NCBI GenBank assembly: GCA_040770465.1
Contig: JAXGJB010000005.1
Location: 38,096-102,095 of the forward strand
Direction: 5' to 3'
Length of the DNA: 64,000 nucleotides
Source: Methanothrix sp.
GTDB lineage: Archaea; Halobacteriota; Methanosarcinia; Methanotrichales; Methanotrichaceae
Both the position numbers and the translations under genes were made by a program. Numbering within the stretch: position 1 is the first letter of the stretch; each line of letters opens with the position of its first letter. Positions 57,378 through 64,000 of the stretch are shown piece after piece. The notes below the pieces were generated by a model, which worked only from the letters and a program-made list of their open reading frames with translations, was not told the origin of the DNA and ran no database searches.

Positions 57378-57727
57378 CCGAGGTAAGTTGTTCTTTATGG
57401 GTAAAAAGACTAAGATATTTTAGGTCTTAAATCCAGGCGCATTCGGGCACAACACACCATCTAGTTAGATATATTAAATATATATTATTTTACCTTGTTG
57501 ATGGCCAAACAAAACATTTTTAAGATATGTGTAGATCTAGATGTAGGAAGTCTGATGACACAAGGGAGGCTGAAGAACATAAACACCAATGGTTATAATG
57601 TGGGATTTAGGGAAGCGTTCCGAGTTGAAATGGAAATGCAATGTACCTATGTGAATATGGTTGAGTGCAATTACTTGGTCAATAAAGCGATATTTTTAAG
57701 ATATCAAGTTCTTTTTGGGAGGTCTAC

Positions 57728-58864
57728 ATGACAGAAGATCTGGGTTCTTTAAGAGATGAGGCATTCCGAGATTCGATGGATCAACTAAAACAACTATTAT
57801 CACAAAGCAGTCAATCTTTCTTACTCGGTGCTGGTTGTAGTCGCTGTGCAAACTTACCTCTAATGGAGGAGCTGACCGATCAAGTACTAAAGAATGGAAC
57901 TCTAAGTAGCAAAACAAAGGGTATATTGGGATTCCTGGTCCAGGAGTTTAAGGGTCCAGGCGTCTCAACAATTGAGGACTATATGAGCGATTTGATCGAT
58001 CGGTTGTCGATCGCACAACGCAGGCATGACTGCAGAGTGGCTAATTGCAAGTTAAAACTTGATAAAGAATATTCTTTGGATGATTTGCGCCAAGCGCTTG
58101 AAGAAATTAAGAAGGCTATTGCCAGTTGCATCAATAAAGAAATTGAAATTTCAACACACAGGAATTTTATAAGAGCTGTTCATGGAATGTCTCAGTCAGG
58201 AAAACCGCTTAATTCGCCTGCAGTCAACTACTTCATCCTAAATTATGATACATTGATCGAAGATTCGTTAGCTCTCGAACGAGTTCCATATGTCGATGGT
58301 TTTTCGGGAGGGGTAACTGGTTGGTGGGACAGCAATTGTTTCAAAAACGAGAATGTTGCAGCTCGGGTATTTAAGGTTCATGGGTCGATTGATTGGTGCC
58401 TTTTGGAAGATGACGTTCTTCCGCGTCGGATTCGACCAGGTATAAAGTCGATTAGTCATGATGAGAGATTTATGATCTGGCCTGCTTCAACTAAATATCG
58501 AGAAACTCAACGGGACCCTTATGCACAGATGATATCGTGTATGAGAAAAATTTTGAGACCTTCAAAAAACACTGACGCTATTCTCACTATTTGTGGTTAT
58601 CGATTTGGTGACTCACATATCAATTTGGAACTTGATCGAGCCCTAAGAGAATCAGAACAACGGTTGACGATTGTTGCCTTCACCAGCGAAGACGAACCAA
58701 ATGGACAACTCAAAAAATGGATCAAGGATCATGAGGTGCAAGATCAAGTTCGTATATATGCAAATCGCGGATTTTTCCACGGAAATGAACAAATAACGTC
58801 AAAAAGTGATTTGCCTTGGTGGAAATTTGAAATAATTGCTCGACTACTGGGGGGCGAGAGATGA
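57728..58864 (+). CDS. SIR2-like (SIR2_2) NADase-type protein
   Basis: FLLGAGCS, LNYDTL.E, KVHGS..W, P.STKY, GYRFGD.HIN; AT-rich codon usage. Confidence 0.9.
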   Translation: MTEDLGSLRDEAFRDSMDQLKQLLSQSSQSFLLGAGCSRCANLPLMEELTDQVLKNGTLSSKTKGILGFLVQEFKGPGVSTIEDYMSDLIDRLSIAQRRHDCRVANCKLKLDKEYSLDDLRQALEEIKKAIASCINKEIEISTHRNFIRAVHGMSQSGKPLNSPAVNYFILNYDTLIEDSLALERVPYVDGFSGGVTGWWDSNCFKNENVAARVFKVHGSIDWCLLEDDVLPRRIRPGIKSISHDERFMIWPASTKYRETQRDPYAQMISCMRKILRPSKNTDAILTICGYRFGDSHINLELDRALRESEQRLTIVAFTSEDEPNGQLKKWIKDHEVQDQVRIYANRGFFHGNEQITSKSDLPWWKFEIIARLLGGER

Positions 58865-60597
58865 GTCCCGAGAAGATAAGCCCAAACGAACCCATCGAAA
58901 ACCTTGCTATAGGAACCATTATTGAAGTTGACGGAACCCATATCGTAGCCGAGCTTGATTCAAGAATACTCGAGCTATCACGTGTTTTTGCTGGCGATGT
59001 CTACCCGATTGGGCAATTTGGCTCCATTGTAAAAATTCACTTCGGAAGGCGCCTAATTTATGGATACGTCAGTCGTCTTCGGATGAAGTCGGAGTACGAA
59101 CGCGAAAAAGGGATCATCGAATCAAACCCATCTACTGCTCGAATAATCGAAGCTGATTTGTTTGGAGAAGGCGAGTGGATTTTGAGCGGCGAAGCACACT
59201 CCAAAAATTGGCGTCTTTATTTCGAGAGAGGCGTTTCGAACTTTCCCTTGCCGCAACAAATTATTTATTTGACACCTAAGTCTGAATTGAGATTTATATA
59301 TGGACAAAATCAAGGAGCTACTATTAAAATCGGTGAACATGTCGGCTCTGGTGGAGCACCCTGCTACGCTGACATGAACGAATTGCTCGGCAAGCATACG
59401 GCAGTACTTGGATCAACTGGCTCGGGAAAATCAGGGTCTGTTGCTGCAATTCTTCATGCTATTCTTGAAAGAGGATGTGAAGAAAAATATGCAAAATGGA
59501 ACCCGTGCATCGTCATTTTAGATCCACATAACGAATATGGTGAAGCGTTTCCAGATCATAAACGGCTTTCAACGGATGAGGGAACACTGAAACTTCCTTA
59601 CTGGCTATTTAATCTTCAGGAGACTATTGACCTCTTAATCGGGAAGACAGAATTTGTCGCAACATCTCAATCAAACATCGTAAAAACCGCACTACTCAAC
59701 GCTCGAATGGCTGCAGCTGAGGATCTTGAACTTGATCCAAACTCAATAACAGTAGATTCTCCGATTCCATATTCAATCGATGTTTTTATTGGAGGAATTA
59801 AAGAACAACGCGATCGTATAACTGCTCAATCTAAACATGAACCATTTGATTCGGTTCTGCAAAAGCTAGAAATCCTACAACGCGATTCCAGAAAGCATTT
59901 CATGATGGAATCATGGGACGGGGGCAACGACCCCTTTCCTGCTGTAATATCCCAATTTCTTGGTGCCGGCAAGCATGTTAAGATTGTCGACCTTTCTGGC
60001 TTGCCAAATGAAGTTGCGGGAGTAGCAAGTGCTGTCATTGCAAGAACCCTATTCTCCGTAAAGCTATGGCAGACCCCTGGTGAACGTAAGCAGATGCCCA
60101 TACTCTTGGTTTGTGAGGAGGCCCATCGCTACGTACCAAATCGAGGCGAGGCACAATATGAGGCTGCACAGGAGGCGATACGTAGGCTCGCCAAAGAAGG
60201 ACGAAAGTACGGTATCGGTCTCATGTTGATATCACAAAGACCCAGTGAAGTTGAAGCAACAGTACTATCACAATGCAATTCATGGATCGTGTTGAGGATC
60301 ACTAACGACGCTGATCGCGAACATGTTCGTTCGATTCTTCCAGACTCACTTGCAGGACTTACAAGGGTGCTCTCGGGCTTAAGGCGACGGGAGGCTGTCT
60401 TTGTTGGCCAGGCAACAACATTGCCGTCACGGATATTAATCAGAGACTTGCCTCCAGAGAAGTTGCCGAGATCTCACGATATCGACTTTGATGAGGGATG
60501 GCAACATGACCCAATAGATGATAGCCGCCTTGAGGAGATTGGTAATCGATGGAGAATGCAGAAACGCCAGACATCAGATAGCAGTAAAGATTCTTAG
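58861..60597 (+). CDS. HerA/DUF87 ATPase partner of SIR2
   Basis: N-terminal HAS-barrel-like region, H.AVLGSTGSGKS, LDPH.EY, EEAHRY, AKEGRKYG, SQRPS; ATGA overlap with the SIR2 gene. Confidence 0.92.
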   Translation: MSPEKISPNEPIENLAIGTIIEVDGTHIVAELDSRILELSRVFAGDVYPIGQFGSIVKIHFGRRLIYGYVSRLRMKSEYEREKGIIESNPSTARIIEADLFGEGEWILSGEAHSKNWRLYFERGVSNFPLPQQIIYLTPKSELRFIYGQNQGATIKIGEHVGSGGAPCYADMNELLGKHTAVLGSTGSGKSGSVAAILHAILERGCEEKYAKWNPCIVILDPHNEYGEAFPDHKRLSTDEGTLKLPYWLFNLQETIDLLIGKTEFVATSQSNIVKTALLNARMAAAEDLELDPNSITVDSPIPYSIDVFIGGIKEQRDRITAQSKHEPFDSVLQKLEILQRDSRKHFMMESWDGGNDPFPAVISQFLGAGKHVKIVDLSGLPNEVAGVASAVIARTLFSVKLWQTPGERKQMPILLVCEEAHRYVPNRGEAQYEAAQEAIRRLAKEGRKYGIGLMLISQRPSEVEATVLSQCNSWIVLRITNDADREHVRSILPDSLAGLTRVLSGLRRREAVFVGQATTLPSRILIRDLPPEKLPRSHDIDFDEGWQHDPIDDSRLEEIGNRWRMQKRQTSDSSKDS

Positions 60598-60908
60598 GAT
60601 GGATATTTCTTCAACACAGACTCCCATTGCCTTTGTTCATCACAGTCCAGAAAGGCGCAGCGTATTTGAGGATTTTGCTACAAAGAACAGAGATGCAGAA
60701 TTCGAGGCTGGTGCATTCGGGGAGGCGAGGAGGGTTTCAGGATCGAACATGGTGCAAATTGCTTTTTTAGCGAGTCTCTCGAAATATACTCCGATTAAAG
60801 GCCACTTCGTGTGTGCTGTTCTAACGAATTCTGCCTCTGGAATCCCTTCTCCAGATTCAAATCTGTCCTACCCTGCTAAGCATACTTTTTTGCTATGTTA
60901 AAAAGCGA

Positions 60909-61349
60909 TCACGAACTTTCCGTGGATTTAGATTTTAAACTGTTCATAATTTCTATAACTTCTTTTTCATAAAGATCAAATTCTTTAACTCGCTTGAGTA
61001 ATTTTATGTGTCTCCACGCTTCTAGAACACCAAATAAATAGAATATATTTCCAAATATCAGGCTTGTAAACCCCCCAACTCCAAAATAAATTAATATCCT
61101 AAATCCAACAACCATCGAGACCAGATAAAGTTGATCCTTGTCATCATATAAAATTTTCGTATGTTTGTATTCTAATTCGAGATCTTTAATTCGCTTTTCA
61201 GATAGAATCGTAGAGCGTCTCGCGCGCCAATTTTGAACGGAAGGTGTCATTATATTTGCAACGATTGATATTATTAGTGCTAATATTATAGACACTATCC
61301 AGTTTATTTGGTTAAGCCAAGTTCCATAATTGGTTATTTCGTCGATCAC
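60909..61349 (-). CDS. Small AT-rich membrane protein with 2-3 TM helices, function unknown
   Basis: GTG start after AGGTGA; hydrophobic segments near aa 15-33 and 75-110. Confidence 0.65.
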   Translation of the reverse strand: MIDEITNYGTWLNQINWIVSIILALIISIVANIMTPSVQNWRARRSTILSEKRIKDLELEYKHTKILYDDKDQLYLVSMVVGFRILIYFGVGGFTSLIFGNIFYLFGVLEAWRHIKLLKRVKEFDLYEKEVIEIMNSLKSKSTESS

Positions 61350-61388
61350 GTACTCTCAAATAGTCACCTGATATAAATTTATTACGGC

Positions 61389-61994
61389 TTATTCGTGAAA
61401 TTGAGGCGGATAACTCCTCTCTACGGTCTCCCGCACCTCCGCCAGCCACCTCCGCCTCTCCTCCGGCGTGCTCGTCACCACCACCGAGAAGGTCCTTCGA
61501 TAGACATCGTCGACGCCACAGAGCCCGAAGACGCACCTCTTCCATAGCGCCTCCAGCGGATCGCCGAAGGCCGCAAGCTCCCTCTCCTCAGGGGTGTTGG
61601 CGGTGTTGAAGACGATGGCGCACTTCGCCCGCAGGAGGCCGACGGGGACGCCCTCGCCGCCGTCCCCCTCCAGAAACTCGTAGGCGACGCCTGGCCGTAT
61701 GACTCGATCGATCCAGCCCTTCAGGATCGCCGGAGGCTGCCCCCACCAGTTGGGATGGACTATGACGATCCCCTCGGCGGCCGCGATCTCGTCGCAGTGA
61801 TTCTTTATGGCTGGATCGACGGCGGCGCCCCTGGGGATCTCGGGGCCGGGGAGGATGGGGTCGAATCTCTCGGCGTAGAGGTCGTGGAAGAATACATCGT
61901 GGCCGTTTTCCTTCAGCGCATAGACCGCCGCCTCCGCTATGGCGTGATTGAAGCTTCCGGGATCGGGATGGCCGAGGATGACGGATACTCTCAT
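61389..61994 (-). CDS. NAD(P)H dehydrogenase (quinone), flavodoxin-2 family
   Basis: GHPDPGSFN, DLY..RFDP, HPNWWGQPPAILKGWIDRV. Confidence 0.9.
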   Translation of the reverse strand: MRVSVILGHPDPGSFNHAIAEAAVYALKENGHDVFFHDLYAERFDPILPGPEIPRGAAVDPAIKNHCDEIAAAEGIVIVHPNWWGQPPAILKGWIDRVIRPGVAYEFLEGDGGEGVPVGLLRAKCAIVFNTANTPEERELAAFGDPLEALWKRCVFGLCGVDDVYRRTFSVVVTSTPEERRRWLAEVRETVERSYPPQFHE

Positions 61995-62111
61995 GGGCTT
62001 GAAAAATGAACGGTTTTCTTCAGCGTTTGGCGAGGTGGGTGGTGGTGTGAGGTGGAGGGGGCGCCGGAGCCCGCAGCCCCAGGTCCCGAAACCCCCCGCC
62101 CAAAATCGTCT

Positions 62112-62651
62112 TTACTTCTTCTCAGAAGGCTGCTCGTGTGCGAGGATCGAGGCCTTTGCGTGAACCCGGACGAAGGCGCTCTCGTCCTCCTCGGCCGCCC
62201 TCTTCAAGACCTCAAGAGACTTCTCGTCCATCATCTCGCCGAGGACCCAGGCGGCGCCGCCCCGGATCTCCTCGTTCGTCTCCCTGTCCAGGATCAGCTC
62301 CGCCATCCTCTCCTGGACCAGATCTCTTCCCATGGCGGCAAGCCCCACCATGGCGTTCGCCTTGACGACGTCCTCGGGGTCCTTGAGGGCCTGGACCAGG
62401 GGCTCCACCACCTCAGGCCCGCCCTTCTTGGCTAGGGCGTTGACGGCGTTCGCCCGAACGATCATGTTGCTCTCCTTGGCGACGGCCTCGGCGAGCTTCT
62501 CGACGGTCCAGGTGGCGTCGGGCAGGTTCTCCGGAACCTGGGGCTCTGCCAGGGCGTCGATCGCCTCGGTCTCGCCCAGAGGGACGGCTCCTGACTTCTC
62601 CTTCTTCTCCTTCTTCCCTTTCTTCCCGGTCTCCTTCTTCTCTTCGGCCAT
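62112..62651 (-). CDS. HEAT/PBS-lyase repeat protein
   Basis: VRANAVNAL...VEPLVQALKD, IRGGAAWVLGE. Confidence 0.85.
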   Translation of the reverse strand: MAEEKKETGKKGKKEKKEKSGAVPLGETEAIDALAEPQVPENLPDATWTVEKLAEAVAKESNMIVRANAVNALAKKGGPEVVEPLVQALKDPEDVVKANAMVGLAAMGRDLVQERMAELILDRETNEEIRGGAAWVLGEMMDEKSLEVLKRAAEEDESAFVRVHAKASILAHEQPSEKK

Positions 62652-62668
62652 GGGCTCTGAATTGTTGC

Positions 62669-63256
62669 CTATTCTACTTCAATTTTTCCAAGTTCGAAGG
62701 CCTTCCTGTTGATCTCCAAAAACCGCGCCGGAACCGTCTCCGAAAGTGCTTGCAGCAGGGTCGCCTCCTCGATGGGAAGGTATCCGGCGAGAGCCCCCAG
62801 CATCACGACGTTCGTCGCCTGGGGGCTTCCCGCCTTCGCCGCAAGCCCCGTCGCGTCCATTGCCTTCACCTCGCAGGCGACCTCCCGAAGGGGGGCGAGG
62901 ATCTCCTCGATGGAGGGGTATGATGCCTGGCCCGTGGTGACGGTGACGGGCATCACAGGCCGCGTGTTCACCAGAGCTACCCCCTCCGGCGAGAGATAGT
63001 GAGCGTACCTCAAAGCCTCCGCCGGCTCCATGGCGAGGAGGACGTCCGCGCTGCCAGGAGATATCATGGCGCTGTAGCTGCAACCGACCCTGATGTGGTT
63101 TAGGACGCTTCCGCCCCGCTGGGCCATCCCGTGGGTCTCGACCCCCCGGACCGAAAGCCCAGCCAGCATGGCGGCCCTGCCGATGATCTCGGATATGAGG
63201 ATCACCCCCTGTCCGCCGACCCCGACGACGACGACGTCGCACTCAGAAGTTCTCAT
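62669..63256 (-). CDS. iorB: Indolepyruvate:ferredoxin oxidoreductase beta subunit, second copy
   Basis: GVGGQG, ETHGMAQRGGSV, NVVMLGA; ATG at 63256. Confidence 0.92.
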   Translation of the reverse strand: MRTSECDVVVVGVGGQGVILISEIIGRAAMLAGLSVRGVETHGMAQRGGSVLNHIRVGCSYSAMISPGSADVLLAMEPAEALRYAHYLSPEGVALVNTRPVMPVTVTTGQASYPSIEEILAPLREVACEVKAMDATGLAAKAGSPQATNVVMLGALAGYLPIEEATLLQALSETVPARFLEINRKAFELGKIEVE

Positions 63257-64000
63257 TTCACCACCTCGATCGCCTGCTGGGGGCATATCGCGGCGCAGAC
63301 CCCGCACCCCGAGCAGAGGGCGTTTATCTTTGCCACCTTCCCGTCGAACTCGATGGCGGGACAGCCGAACTTGACGCATACCTTGCACCCGCCACACTTC
63401 TCCTCATCGACTTTGAGCCTCGGCCGCCGGACCCCCGACCTGATATCGCTGATGACGCAGGCCCTCTTGGCCACCACCACCGAGAGGCCGGGATGGTCCC
63501 GCGCCCGCTTGAAGGTCTCGATCGTCGAATCGAGGTCGTAGGGGTCGACGGTCTCGATGAGCCCCGCGCCCAGGGACCGACAGATATCCTCCAGGTGGAT
63601 GGGGGGCGACGGCTCGCCAGAGGCGGTCCGTCCCGCCCCGGGATGGGGCTGGTGGCCGGTCATGGCGGTGATGGAGTTGTCGAGGATCGCGACCGTCATC
63701 CGCGCCCCGTTGTAGGCGGCGTTAAGAAGGCCGGTGAGGCCGGAGTGGAGGAAGGTCGAGTCGCCGAGGACGGCGCATATCGGCCTCTCCTCGCCGCCGA
63801 ACCTGATCCCCGCCCCGACGGTGATGCTCGCCCCCATGCAGAGGCAGGTGTCGACGGTCCCCATCCCCACCCCCATGGTGTAGCAGCCGATGTCGTTCGG
63901 ATAGACCGCGTCCTTCCCGAAGGCCTTCCTCATGGCGTAGTAGGTCGCCCGATGGCTGCAGCCCGGACAGAGGGCGGGGGGCCTCGGCGGCAAGATCGAG
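63253..64000 (-). CDS. iorA: Indolepyruvate:ferredoxin oxidoreductase alpha subunit, second copy; 5' part beyond the window
   Basis: RPPALCPGCSH, DIGCY, GDSTFLHSG, TAMTGHQ, C-terminal ferredoxin motifs. Confidence 0.93.
   Translation of the reverse strand, partial: SILPPRPPALCPGCSHRATYYAMRKAFGKDAVYPNDIGCYTMGVGMGTVDTCLCMGASITVGAGIRFGGEERPICAVLGDSTFLHSGLTGLLNAAYNGARMTVAILDNSITAMTGHQPHPGAGRTASGEPSPPIHLEDICRSLGAGLIETVDPYDLDSTIETFKRARDHPGLSVVVAKRACVISDIRSGVRRPRLKVDEEKCGGCKVCVKFGCPAIEFDGKVAKINALCSGCGVCAAICPQQAIEVVK

Larger units (their letters stand above)
57400..61400. other. Low-GC defence island, boundaries approximate
   Basis: Visible switch from GC-rich host sequence to AT-rich sequence; contains Sir2-HerA and a membrane ORF; no integrase or transposase seen. 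Confidence 0.75.

Noticed and set aside
57254-57455. Imperfect inverted repeat GTGTTGTGGCCCAGAAT / ATTCGGGCACAACAC suggesting a MITE
   Set aside because: The left arm is the ILGHNT coding part of the aroE relic, two gaps are needed, and no target-site duplication is seen
60518-60901. 127-aa ORF downstream of herA as a third defence gene
   Set aside because: Overlaps herA out of frame, has no motifs or SD; cannot be supported

Overview
High-GC archaeal chromosome segment from a Methanosarcinales/Methanotrichales-type methanogen. The mtd, methanogenesis marker 9, MtrH/MtxH, PGF-CTERM and secreted TPR genes are consistent with a Methanothrix harundinacea-like organism (inference). Most of the window is housekeeping: the conserved rps19e-to-ftsY superoperon, HARP RNase P, serB, aglB, radB, polB, polX, uvrC, two ior loci with paaK, fumarase subunits, phosphomevalonate dehydratase and cbiA. 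Accessory parts are a low-GC island at about 57.4-61.4 kb carrying a Sir2-HerA anti-phage pair and a small membrane protein, bordered by an orphan hicB and a heavily deleted aroE relic, plus several secreted or modular surface proteins. Features absent from the ORF track: a 40-aa desulforedoxin, rpl39e, a 1-nt frameshift in a DUF166 gene, two otherwise intact genes that begin with ACG behind good Shine-Dalgarno motifs, a decayed flavoprotein duplicate bracketing a 2.9-kb surface-protein gene, an orphan promoter with a structured sRNA candidate, and recurrent 11-16-bp tandem duplications at gene stop codons. No tRNA, rRNA, CRISPR array, integrase or transposase was recognised.
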